A stretch of DNA of 64,000 nucleotides from the NCBI GenBank assembly GCA_965225625.1, contig CBDDBH010000026.1, positions 3,561 to 67,560 of the forward strand, read 5' to 3'. Shown one piece after another: positions 28,403 through 37,348 of the stretch (within the stretch, counting starts at the first letter, position 1; each line of letters opens with the position of its first letter). The notes below the pieces were generated by a model, which had not been told where the DNA came from, searched no databases, and saw only the letters and a list, made by a program, of their open reading frames with translations. This DNA comes from Gammaproteobacteria bacterium. GTDB lineage: Bacteria > Pseudomonadota > Gammaproteobacteria > JADZEE01. Position numbers and translations under genes: made by a program.

Positions 28403-28729
28403 TCAATTCCCGCTGTTGGCATGCAGATATATTACGAGTTCATCAAGCTGGCTGTCAGATATCTCTACCGGTCGAAAGGATGGCATCTCTTTGAAGCCGA
28501 GTCGTACCACGGTCTTAATGTATGCGGGCTGTAGGTCCGTGCGGCCCTGCAACAGGGCTTTATCTTCACCTCGCACCAGCGCCAACTTCTGGGTTCCCGG
28601 ATTACCACGGCCGGCATCGTGACAATGGATGCACCATTTCGCGAACACCCGCTCGCCCTCGGATCCGGCCCAAACGCCGCTGCTGGTTAGGAATAAGCTG
28701 ATCACGGCTACCGCTTGCCACAGTTTCAT
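28403..28729 (-). CDS. Monohaem cytochrome c subunit (PchC-like)
   Basis: Signal peptide, CIHCH, GNPGT, VRLGFKEMPSF (axial Met); ATGA overlap with the flavoprotein gene. Confidence 0.9.
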   Translation of the reverse strand: MKLWQAVAVISLFLTSSGVWAGSEGERVFAKWCIHCHDAGRGNPGTQKLALVRGEDKALLQGRTDLQPAYIKTVVRLGFKEMPSFRPVEISDSQLDELVIYLHANSGN

Positions 28730-30297
28730 AAATTTTTGCCCCGCAAATGCTTTGGCCAAATCCCTGATTTCCCAGCCGCCAGTATGCCATTGGGATCCAA
28801 CGCGTCCTTAATCCGCTCGTTCAGGCGCAGCAGCGAGCTGTTGTTGTAATTGTAGGTCTTTGCGATCTTATCCATGAACGCCAGATGCGTTCGATATTCC
28901 CCATATCCTTCCGCGGCCGCCTCATCGATGAGAAGAGTGACCAATTCGTGCGCGCGCTTCGTTTCTTCTGTGTTTTGCGGGTTGAATACCGTCACCGCGA
29001 TGTGGTGCAGTTCGCGCCAACCAACGATCATCGCGCCGAAATAATCAAACCCGTATTCGTGCGTGCGGTCGCGGATCATCGCGTATTGCTTGAGTGCTTC
29101 AGAGCCGGTTGTCGGCGACACGGGCGAAAAGTCGACATGGGCGCCGCCGTCGATCCAGTTCATGTAAGCGAACTCACTCATGCTCGGCACACCGGACATC
29201 GACTGGGCGCGGTATTCCATGGTTATGTCACCTGGCCGATCTTCCTTGGAATAGAATTTCGCGCCGGGGATCGCCGAGAATGCATCGTGGATCACTTCCC
29301 ACTGCGCATCCATGATCGCATCAGGCCCATACAAAGCGGCATAGAAATTCCACATACCGATGCGTTGATCCGCCATGAGTTTGCGCGCCGCACTGTCTGG
29401 CAGCGGGCCCTTACCTGAGTAGTATTGCTTTTTGGTCGCCTTAACTGCGCCTTCGAACAACAGGCTGATCATCACCGCCGCATTCGGGATCACCATGTTG
29501 ATCTTGAGCGGTCTTATCGCCTCGACCAACGGCTCCAGATCCTCCTCACGCTGGAATGTGACCATGAACGGCCGGTAACCAGGCGGTTCCGGCATCAGCC
29601 AAATGCCCAGTTTGGTTACAACGCCGAAATTCGATTGCGTAAATATACCGTCGTGATACGGGCCGAATCCGTATTTGAACAACTGCCAGGTGTTGTTGTT
29701 GGGCAATGCTCCCATGCCAGTGCGAACGACGTCGCCGTCGGCGAGCACGACCTCCATGCCACACTGCATTTGAAAATGATCGCCATAGGGCGTGTAACCG
29801 ACGCCGCGATCGACCGCGTTGCCCAAAACGCTACCCCACCCGGGCGCTGGCACATCCAGCCACAACTTGATATTGCGTTCCTGCAGGTATTGATACAGGT
29901 CGAAATAACTGACGCCGGGCTCGACCAGGGCGTAACCGAATTTCTCGTTGACTTCGAGTATGCGGTTCATGCGCTTCAGATCCAGCACAACGCTGCCCGG
30001 CAAGCGCGGGGCCGCGCCGCCGTAGCCATGATTCTTGCCGCCTGAAATCGGCCACAGTGGAATACCGTGTTCGTTCGCAATTTTCACCACCGCCTGAACC
30101 TGCTCGACGTTCTCTGGAGCGACGGCCGCCGACGCGACGAAATGGTCCATATCAACAATGGCATAAGGGTCGCGATAGCTCGCCAGACCTGGGCCCTGTT
30201 CGCGGAATACCCACTGCTTGCCGACGACCTCGGCAAACGCGTCGAGTGACGTATCGAGCGTCTTGTCGGACACGCCAGGCGGTAAGGTTCTATTCAT
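28726..30297 (-). CDS. VAO/PCMH-family 4-alkylphenol oxidoreductase flavoprotein
   Basis: GKNHGYGG, EPGVSYFDL, RGVGYTPYGDH, QSNFGVVTK, GEYRTHL, DPNGILAAGKSG. Confidence 0.93.
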   Translation of the reverse strand: MNRTLPPGVSDKTLDTSLDAFAEVVGKQWVFREQGPGLASYRDPYAIVDMDHFVASAAVAPENVEQVQAVVKIANEHGIPLWPISGGKNHGYGGAAPRLPGSVVLDLKRMNRILEVNEKFGYALVEPGVSYFDLYQYLQERNIKLWLDVPAPGWGSVLGNAVDRGVGYTPYGDHFQMQCGMEVVLADGDVVRTGMGALPNNNTWQLFKYGFGPYHDGIFTQSNFGVVTKLGIWLMPEPPGYRPFMVTFQREEDLEPLVEAIRPLKINMVIPNAAVMISLLFEGAVKATKKQYYSGKGPLPDSAARKLMADQRIGMWNFYAALYGPDAIMDAQWEVIHDAFSAIPGAKFYSKEDRPGDITMEYRAQSMSGVPSMSEFAYMNWIDGGAHVDFSPVSPTTGSEALKQYAMIRDRTHEYGFDYFGAMIVGWRELHHIAVTVFNPQNTEETKRAHELVTLLIDEAAAEGYGEYRTHLAFMDKIAKTYNYNNSSLLRLNERIKDALDPNGILAAGKSGIWPKHLRGKNL

Positions 30298-30476
30298 CGC
30301 AAAATTGTTCTTGTCCCAAATACGCCGCGCTATATTAGTCGGCCTGAACCGGGCGATCGAGCAATTGCGGGCAACCCTCTCGTAAACAACGTTCTGAGCA
30401 TTCCGGCAGTTGTGATCCAGCTCCGCTATTTACGCTATTATTGGAATGGACGTCTCTCGTGGACGAGGTAGTTCAC

Positions 30477-31016
30477 ATGGCAGTCGCCAGCGACGAAATC
30501 ACAAAGAAAGTCTCCACATACTGTTATCAGTGCGTGAACGGGCCGGACATACTCAACGTCGAGGTCGTCAACGGCGTTGCGACAAAAATCGAGCGCAATT
30601 ACGACGTCAAAGCCGAGGACTATCCATTCTGGGTTCTGACCGCGCGCAGCATGCAGTACGCATGGGGCGGCAACGTCTCCTTGCAGGTAATCAAAGAACT
30701 TGCAGACAACGTCGCCGGGCATGATGGCATAATGATTAATGCCAAACGCGCACAGGACTTGGGCATCGCCGAGGGCGACATGCTCGAAGCACGCTCTGCT
30801 GTCGGAGCGACCCAAGGCAAGGCTATACTGCGCCAGGGAGTACATCCGGAAGTGTTAATAATGCTGGCCCAGTTCGGACACTGGAAAACACCGATGGCCA
30901 AAGAAATGAAGCGCCCCAGTTTAAATAAAATAGTGCCTATGGCTATGGATTTCATCGACGGCAGCGGCTCCAGTGTCGATGCGGCGAAAGTCCAGATCCG
31001 GCGCGTGGAGGCTTAA
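30477..31016 (+). pseudogene. Internally deleted DMSO-reductase-family molybdoenzyme large subunit (PadB-like); reading frame intact
   Basis: N-terminal TYCYQCVNGPD...VATKIERN joined directly to the C-terminal dinucleotide-binding domain (YPFWVLTARSMQY...QFGHW); only 179 aa. Confidence 0.8.
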
Positions 31017-31019
31017 ATA

Positions 31020-31706
31020 ATGACCCGCTATGTGATGACTGCAGATTTGAATCGTTGTGTCGGATGTCAAACCTGCACGGCTGCCTGTCGGCACACCAAC
31101 GCCACACCACCAGGTGTGCAGTGGCGCAAAGTTTTAGACGTGGAAATGGGTGAATACCCGAATGTGGAGCGGGTGTTCATGCCGGTCGGCTGTCAGCACT
31201 GCGCCGATCCGCCGTGCATGCACGTCTGCCCGAGCACCGCGACGGGTCAACGCGACGACGGCATCGTCACGATTGATTACGACGTGTGCATTGGCTGCTC
31301 TTACTGTTCCGTAGCGTGTCCCTACCAGGCGCGTTACAAGGTCGATGCCGGCGAATTGGAGTTCGCCTACGGCGACGAGCCAATGGCATCGGAATCAGAG
31401 CGCTTAGATACGCGTACTCTCGGCGTGGCACAGAAATGCACGTTCTGCTCCGACCGCATTGATTCTGGTTTGGAAAAGGGCCTTACGCCGGGTGTCGATC
31501 CGGAGGCAACACCGGCATGTGTGAACTCCTGCATTGCCGATGCGCTGCAATTCGGTGATATAGAAGATCCTGACAGCAACGTGTCGGAATTGCTGGCCGA
31601 AAACTCCTGGTTCCAGATGCACGCCGAACTTGGCACCGATCCTGGCTTCTACTATTTGTGGGACGAAGAGAAAGCCAAGAAAGTGCGTAATGCGATGGGG
31701 GACTAA
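31020..31706 (+). CDS. 4Fe-4S dicluster electron-transfer subunit (DmsB/NrfC/PadC-like)
   Basis: CVGCQTCTAAC, CQHCADPPCMHVCP, CIGCSYCSVACP, KCTFC...PACVNSC. Confidence 0.93.
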   Translation: MTRYVMTADLNRCVGCQTCTAACRHTNATPPGVQWRKVLDVEMGEYPNVERVFMPVGCQHCADPPCMHVCPSTATGQRDDGIVTIDYDVCIGCSYCSVACPYQARYKVDAGELEFAYGDEPMASESERLDTRTLGVAQKCTFCSDRIDSGLEKGLTPGVDPEATPACVNSCIADALQFGDIEDPDSNVSELLAENSWFQMHAELGTDPGFYYLWDEEKAKKVRNAMGD

Positions 31707-32464
31707 AAAATCCCGCTCAACCCACCGGCGTCGAGCTTTAATACGCCGCCGTGCATGATGTCGGCTTCCGGGTCCAGCAGCATTGTCACCGCCCAGGCGA
31801 TCCCCTGCGGCGTTGGTAAGCGGCCCAGTGAATTTCGATTGATATATTCCTGCCATACCTCGTCAAACGGCAGCCCGCGTTCTTCCGCAACCTGAGTGGC
31901 GATACGTCGCAGACGCGGCGTATCCGCGGGCCCGGAACAGATGGTGTGGGTCGTAACCCCCTGCGGCCCATAAAGCATGCTGATCTGTCGCATAAGATTA
32001 AACAGTCCGGCATTAATGGCACCGGGACCTGCCTCATGCGCTGTGGGTTCAACCCCGTGCGAGCCCGCAAACACAACGAAGCGTGCGTGTTCCTGCTGAA
32101 AACTTTCTTTAACGGCCCGCAGCAAGCGTACAACACCGCCCAATTTAATATTGCTGCCGAGGGCAAGAATGTCGGGATCCATCGTTTCGACTGAGCCACG
32201 TACCGGCAACCCGGCGGCGAATATCGCCATGCGCACTGGAGCGTTAATCTGCATTGCAATTTGATCCATGGCCGCGTTATCCCCAATGTCTGCCACACAG
32301 GTAGTTATCAGTTCGCTGCTGGTCGCCAACTCGGCAAGTTTATCCGCGCTTCGTGCAACCGCGAGGATCGGGATCTCTCGTTCGATTAACTTACCGACCA
32401 CCGCGCTACCCATCGTACCGGTAGCGCCGACAATGACCGCCTGACCTGATTTTTCGCTATTCAT
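31703..32464 (-). CDS. Atypical SDR family oxidoreductase
   Basis: VGATGTMG Rossmann motif, DAGG C-terminus; the usual YxxxK position reads PGAIN. Confidence 0.85.
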   Translation of the reverse strand: MNSEKSGQAVIVGATGTMGSAVVGKLIEREIPILAVARSADKLAELATSSELITTCVADIGDNAAMDQIAMQINAPVRMAIFAAGLPVRGSVETMDPDILALGSNIKLGGVVRLLRAVKESFQQEHARFVVFAGSHGVEPTAHEAGPGAINAGLFNLMRQISMLYGPQGVTTHTICSGPADTPRLRRIATQVAEERGLPFDEVWQEYINRNSLGRLPTPQGIAWAVTMLLDPEADIMHGGVLKLDAGGLSGIF

Positions 32465-32927
32465 TTACCGCTTCCGATTTATTCAATGGGGTCGCGCTGC
32501 AGCTTGGATGTTCCGCTGGATCTGCGCGTGTCAGGCGGTAGGATTTGCCAAACATTGGCAAACCGACATAACCACGTAGTTCGAGTTGGTCGTTATTCAC
32601 CGCATTGAGTCGACCTGAAAAAACATCGCCCTCGTCCGCCCGGTAAATCTTTCCGCCCTTCCATAGATTGGCGTCGCGAGTACTTTGCTCGAATCCCCAC
32701 AGCACTTTCGTATTGCACAGTGGTTCTCCCTCTGGGGTAACCTGTTCTACGTCCGCGCGCAGCCATTCGATATACCCACACAGAGTGTCGCCGCATTGTT
32801 GGATGCGAACGGCGGTATCCTTTTTCTTGGGAAGCCACAGCCCAAGGGGACTCAGTTCAGGATTCTGACTCGCGGCAAACACCGACGCCGCCGTCAGAAC
32901 TGCCACGAGGTAAAGAGTTAAACGCAT
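32457..32927 (-). CDS. DUF2147 family exported protein
   Basis: Signal peptide; PLGLW...VRIQQCGDTLCGYI...WKGGKIY...LELRGYVG. Confidence 0.85.
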   Translation of the reverse strand: MRLTLYLVAVLTAASVFAASQNPELSPLGLWLPKKKDTAVRIQQCGDTLCGYIEWLRADVEQVTPEGEPLCNTKVLWGFEQSTRDANLWKGGKIYRADEGDVFSGRLNAVNNDQLELRGYVGLPMFGKSYRLTRADPAEHPSCSATPLNKSEAVNE

Positions 32928-32971
32928 CTGATTACTGCGGTAGGGGAAGACTCATTTATACCTGCCGAACT

Positions 32972-33850
32972 TTAGTCGGGACCTGTTTCCATTGGCAAAC
33001 TCGGATCCATCGCCCATTCAGACATGGAAGCGTCGTAGACGTTCACTGCACCATGTCCCAGCAGGTCCAATGCGAACGCATCAACGGTCGCCGAAATACC
33101 GCCGCCGCAGTAAGCGATTACCTGCTTGCCGTCCAGGGCTTGCTGCAGTTGCTCACGCAGTCGCGCCGGATCCAGGAAAACTCCGGTCTCCTCATCGAGT
33201 AGCCGCTGATAGCAAATATTGATACTGCCCGGGATCCGTCCGGGCCGCCCATAGTTTGTTTCGGCTTCGCCACGATACATTTGCGGCGGCAAAGCGTTGA
33301 GCCGTACCGTATCGGCATCATCCAAGCTGGCCACCACTCGGGCTTTGTCGACGAAAAACTCCTTATGTAAACTGCCGACAAACTCTGCGGACGAATAAGT
33401 GCACGGAAGCGTACTCACAGGACGGTTCTCGCGTAGCCATTTCTGGAAACCTCCGTCTAGAACCGCAACCCGGTCGAAGCCACAGGCGCGCAACATCCAC
33501 CACACACGAGTCGCCCACATCGGTTGGGTCGTACTATACAAAACGACGCTGCTACCCTCTCCTATTCCGCGCGCAGCGACTGCAGCGACAAATGCATCAA
33601 ATCCGGGCATCATGAAATTCAATGTTTCATGGCTAGCCGATAACTCGTCGATCAAATCCAGAAAACCCGCACCCGGAATATGGCCGGCATGATAGTCGTC
33701 GCGGCCACTGACGAGTCGATAGACCCGCGGCGGATCAGGCTGCAGATGGACAGTACAGTCGAACACGCGCAAATCCGTCGCATCAAGATGATCCTCCAAC
33801 CATCCGGTTTGAACCAGATGCGACGGCATGACGTCCGACAGTTTGTTCAT
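32972..33850 (-). CDS. Tandem-domain rhodanese / sulfurtransferase (SseA-like)
   Basis: GHIPGA, ATRVWWML, LDGGFQKW, active loop YCGGGISA, YDASMSEW. Confidence 0.93.
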   Translation of the reverse strand: MNKLSDVMPSHLVQTGWLEDHLDATDLRVFDCTVHLQPDPPRVYRLVSGRDDYHAGHIPGAGFLDLIDELSASHETLNFMMPGFDAFVAAVAARGIGEGSSVVLYSTTQPMWATRVWWMLRACGFDRVAVLDGGFQKWLRENRPVSTLPCTYSSAEFVGSLHKEFFVDKARVVASLDDADTVRLNALPPQMYRGEAETNYGRPGRIPGSINICYQRLLDEETGVFLDPARLREQLQQALDGKQVIAYCGGGISATVDAFALDLLGHGAVNVYDASMSEWAMDPSLPMETGPD

Positions 33851-34563
33851 CACTGTACTTTTCCGAGCCACTCGTCGATCAATTGGGTTATCTCCTCATG
33901 GCTCATCGGCGGCCCCGTGCTGGCAAACCACAACGGCGCCTTGCGCTCGACGAGACCGGCGATACGCCCCGCGTCTGCTCGCCCGTGCCCATCGCGGCAT
34001 TCCTCCGGCCATGCCGCGAGCGCAGCTAGCGCCGCGCCCAATACCGCGTGCTCTTCGGTTGTTCTGGTCATGCTCGGGGTATTTTGTTCGACCTCTTCAT
34101 GCTTGACCACGGTGGCGATAAATTGCATCAGCTGCTCAAACGGCTCAGGTAACGCGATTTGCGTGAGCCTTGCCCACCGATAGAGATCCTCAGCGCGTAC
34201 CTTCCACAAATCTTCCGGGGCATTACGATTTGTAACCGTCGGTTGTTGTGAGTCACGAACGCTAGCCTGAATCGCTTCCCAGGCAACCGCTTCGCACGAT
34301 CGTATCGGCTCGCGATCGCGCAGTTCGGGCCAGTCCTCAGGGTCAACACCCAATACCAACGGAATGGCATCCTCGCGTAGATACCATTCATCCTGCTTCA
34401 ACCAATGCTCGTAAAGACGTTGCTGTGTGACGATGCCGCTTTGCATGGGTTGTGATTCGGCAAAGATCTCTCCACCCAACTCCGCGCCGACAGATCGGAT
34501 CTGCTTATGCAGTGCGCGCATGGCGTCGCGTATTGGATTTTCGCTTAGTCCCCCAATTGGCAT
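33850..34563 (-). CDS. Hypothetical protein
   Basis: 237-aa ORF in operon geometry (14-bp gap upstream, TGATG overlap downstream). Confidence 0.65.
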   Translation of the reverse strand: MPIGGLSENPIRDAMRALHKQIRSVGAELGGEIFAESQPMQSGIVTQQRLYEHWLKQDEWYLREDAIPLVLGVDPEDWPELRDREPIRSCEAVAWEAIQASVRDSQQPTVTNRNAPEDLWKVRAEDLYRWARLTQIALPEPFEQLMQFIATVVKHEEVEQNTPSMTRTTEEHAVLGAALAALAAWPEECRDGHGRADAGRIAGLVERKAPLWFASTGPPMSHEEITQLIDEWLGKVQ

Positions 34564-34577
34564 AACAGCACCACCCG

Positions 34578-35228
34578 TTAGCGGCTTGTCACCATCGAAT
34601 CCAGTTCCGCGACCGTAGTGACGATCTTCTGATATAGCTCGGCGACCACCACCGGAAGCTGCTTTTCCGCGCGTCTGGATATCATGGTTATTGGAAATAT
34701 GAAGTTTTTATCCTGTCCATATTGCAACGCCCTGCTCGTTCCGTACTCGTCATCGACTATTACCCAGCGCAGATTCAGCCGCTTGGCCATAACATCGCCC
34801 AGGGCCACCCCCAAAGCCTGCAATTCATATGTCTGATCCGGACGCAAGACTTTTTGATCGAGCAGCGATTGCAGGATACGCAAATCATTAAGTGATTCAC
34901 CCGACAAAGGCGAACCCACGTGTCGACGTGCCAACGAACTTGCAACTTCACGCTGCCGTTCGAGGCTCGATTTATCACTGCCCGCAAGCGTAATTACATT
35001 ATCGTTTAAACGAACGCCACTGCCGGCTCCATCCAGCACCCCCGGCACGCTGGCGCCAGGGAAGAGCGGTAAATCCGCGAGCGAGCCGTAGTCGACGTTC
35101 GTGAAATAAGCCCAGGCGACAATGGTCGCAGCCAATCCCAGTACAAGTGTCAGCAGGTAGCGCCACCAAGATTTGCCTTTGCGACGGCGCACCGCGTCTA
35201 AGGAACTGATGTTGTCGGGTTCACCCAT
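34578..35228 (-). CDS. Membrane-anchored DUF3806-like protein
   Basis: One TM; LQALGVALGD...WVIVDDEYG..RAL...IFPITMISRR. Confidence 0.75.
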   Translation of the reverse strand: MGEPDNISSLDAVRRRKGKSWWRYLLTLVLGLAATIVAWAYFTNVDYGSLADLPLFPGASVPGVLDGAGSGVRLNDNVITLAGSDKSSLERQREVASSLARRHVGSPLSGESLNDLRILQSLLDQKVLRPDQTYELQALGVALGDVMAKRLNLRWVIVDDEYGTSRALQYGQDKNFIFPITMISRRAEKQLPVVVAELYQKIVTTVAELDSMVTSR

Positions 35229-35238
35229 GCTACTGCGA

Positions 35239-35673
35239 TCAGCGCGCTAGTGTAGGTAATACATCGGGACGTATCTGGTAACCATCCGCGATTGCATTAG
35301 TGCTGTTGAACAGACCAACGACGGCCATCACCTCTCCTAAACTTTCGTCATCCACACCCAACTTCTGTAACGCGGTCGTGTGCGAGTTGATGCAGTAGGC
35401 GCAGCCATTCGTAGCGGAAACGGACAACGCGATAATCTCGCGGGTAACCGGATCCAGCCTTGCCTTCCGGCCGACCGCTTCGGGGTGCATAAGTGTTTTC
35501 AGACGCGTCCACACCAACTCCAGATGATCGGGATTGGTCGCGAGCACCCGCCAGAAGTTGGGTACAAAATTGATGTTCTTGGTCTGTTTGATGTCGGCGT
35601 AAATTTCCGCAACCTTGCCGGTCGCGGTCTCAGCGTCCACCGGCGGGACGGTGGCATCACGGATGTCGGGCAT
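35239..35673 (-). CDS. Carboxymuconolactone decarboxylase/AhpD family protein
   Basis: REIIALSVSATNGCAYCINSH (CxxC..H). Confidence 0.92.
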   Translation of the reverse strand: MPDIRDATVPPVDAETATGKVAEIYADIKQTKNINFVPNFWRVLATNPDHLELVWTRLKTLMHPEAVGRKARLDPVTREIIALSVSATNGCAYCINSHTTALQKLGVDDESLGEVMAVVGLFNSTNAIADGYQIRPDVLPTLAR

Positions 35674-35752
35674 CGGTAGAACTCCCTTGCTAGGCCTTAA
35701 CTAGTTTACCGCAAAGACATATCGGGATTTGGCACCTGCGGCGGGTACCAAC

Positions 35753-36649
35753 TCAGCCGCGACCCTCCTCTAGATCCTCCAGCGTTTTCGGCCAGTTAGC
35801 CTTGAGTAACCGGGATAAAGCGCGGTCCGCCAGCATTTTTCCGTCGGTCTGGCAGCGCGCGCAATAGTTGCACTCGTTCTGTGCGTAGACGATACGCTGT
35901 ACCGGCGAACCACAGTCAGGGCAGGGCTCACGGTAACGTCCGTGCACTGCCATCCCTTCACGAAAAGCTGTGACTTTTTCCGGGAAACCCTCACCGACCT
36001 CGTCCCGTAAACGCGTTATCCATTCCGATAACGTCGATTGAGTTGCCACGAAGAGGCGAGCCAGTTCCTCTGCGGTCATCTTTTGCGTTTGCTTGAACGG
36101 CGACAATCGGGCTCGATGCAGGATTTCGTCCGAATAGGCATTACCGACGCCGCTGAGGATACGCGGGTCAGTCAACGCCCGCTTCAAGGTGTGGTTATCG
36201 CGCTGCAGTGCCGCGCAGAATTCGCGTTCATTGGCATCGAGCACTTCTAAACCTGCGCGATCGAATTCGCCGAGATTCTCACTTCCCAGAACAAGGTGCA
36301 GCGATGCCCGGCGTTTCTTACTGGCTTCGGTAAATAACACAGAGCCGTTCGGGAAATCGAATGCGACAAGACCGTTGCGCTTCGGTAGCGCCGTTCCGGA
36401 TTTGCGCCAACGCAGGCGGCCGGCAATCATCAAATGCAGAACGCAGAAGTAATCTTCTTCAAGTTGGAATACGATACGTTTGCCCATGCGTCGTACGCCC
36501 TGGACCACACGCCCGATCAGCTGCTCCTTGGCTGGATCGACGCTGCGCAGAACGAATGGACTGACGATGCGCATATCATTCAACGGTTGCCCACTGATGA
36601 GCGCGCCTAGCCGCTCGAGGTATATCGTAATGTCAGGTAGCTCGGGCAT
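35753..36649 (-). CDS. Fpg/Nei family DNA glycosylase
   Basis: N-terminal MPELP, HLMIAG, GVGNAYSDEIL (H2TH), C4 zinc finger CPDC...CARCQ. Confidence 0.93.
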   Translation of the reverse strand: MPELPDITIYLERLGALISGQPLNDMRIVSPFVLRSVDPAKEQLIGRVVQGVRRMGKRIVFQLEEDYFCVLHLMIAGRLRWRKSGTALPKRNGLVAFDFPNGSVLFTEASKKRRASLHLVLGSENLGEFDRAGLEVLDANEREFCAALQRDNHTLKRALTDPRILSGVGNAYSDEILHRARLSPFKQTQKMTAEELARLFVATQSTLSEWITRLRDEVGEGFPEKVTAFREGMAVHGRYREPCPDCGSPVQRIVYAQNECNYCARCQTDGKMLADRALSRLLKANWPKTLEDLEEGRG

Positions 36650-36737
36650 ACGTTAGATTAAAGAACGGTAAGGTTGAGGCGGCAACTTTCGTCCGCCGAC
36701 CCGGTCGTAGCACGTATAAGAACTTGGAGATATTGAA

Positions 36738-37346
36738 ATGTGTTCTAAGTATACGGCGCTGTTAATCGCAGGGGTATTGACCGGGATCATGTCACTCTCG
36801 GCCACCGCGGACACGGAGATCGCTACCTTCGCCGGCGGTTGTTTCTGGTGCATGGAACCACCATTCGACGAACTCGACGGAGTAAAATCGACGACCTCCG
36901 GTTACATCGGCGGCACCAAGCGAAACCCCACATATCAGGAGGTTTCCGCCGGGCGCACCGGTCATACGGAAGCGGTAAAAATTGTTTATGACCCCGTCAA
37001 AATAAGCTATGGCGACCTGCTAAAAGTATTCTGGCGCAATATCGACCCACTGACACCGAACCGGCAATTCTGCGACGGTGGTAGTCAGTACCGCAGCGGT
37101 ATCTTTTACCAAAACTCCGAGCAACAACGGCTGGCGGAAGCATCGCGAACGGCCCTGAGCGACTCCGGCCGATTCAATCAGCCGATTGTGACCGAGGTCA
37201 CCGAAGCATCGAAGTTTTATCCAGCCGAGGATTACCACCAGAATTATTATAAGAAGAACCCGGTCCGATATAAGTTTTATAGATTCAATTGCGGACGGGA
37301 TAAGCGGCTGGCGCAGGTCTGGGGCGAGGACGTGGCTGAGAATTAA
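36738..37346 (+). CDS. msrA: Peptide-methionine (S)-S-oxide reductase with signal peptide
   Basis: FAGGCFWCME, TGHTEAV, AEDYHQNYY. Confidence 0.96.
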   Translation: MCSKYTALLIAGVLTGIMSLSATADTEIATFAGGCFWCMEPPFDELDGVKSTTSGYIGGTKRNPTYQEVSAGRTGHTEAVKIVYDPVKISYGDLLKVFWRNIDPLTPNRQFCDGGSQYRSGIFYQNSEQQRLAEASRTALSDSGRFNQPIVTEVTEASKFYPAEDYHQNYYKKNPVRYKFYRFNCGRDKRLAQVWGEDVAEN

Positions 37347-37348
37347 AC

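Noticed and set aside
30410-30427. CRP/FNR-like site TGTGA-N6-TCCGC in the divergent promoter
   Set aside because: Only one good half-site, which could occur by chance.
33850-34563. Hypothetical protein as a mobile-element remnant
   Set aside because: The resemblance is vague. No integrase, att site or compositional shift is visible, and it sits in tight operon geometry with ordinary genes.
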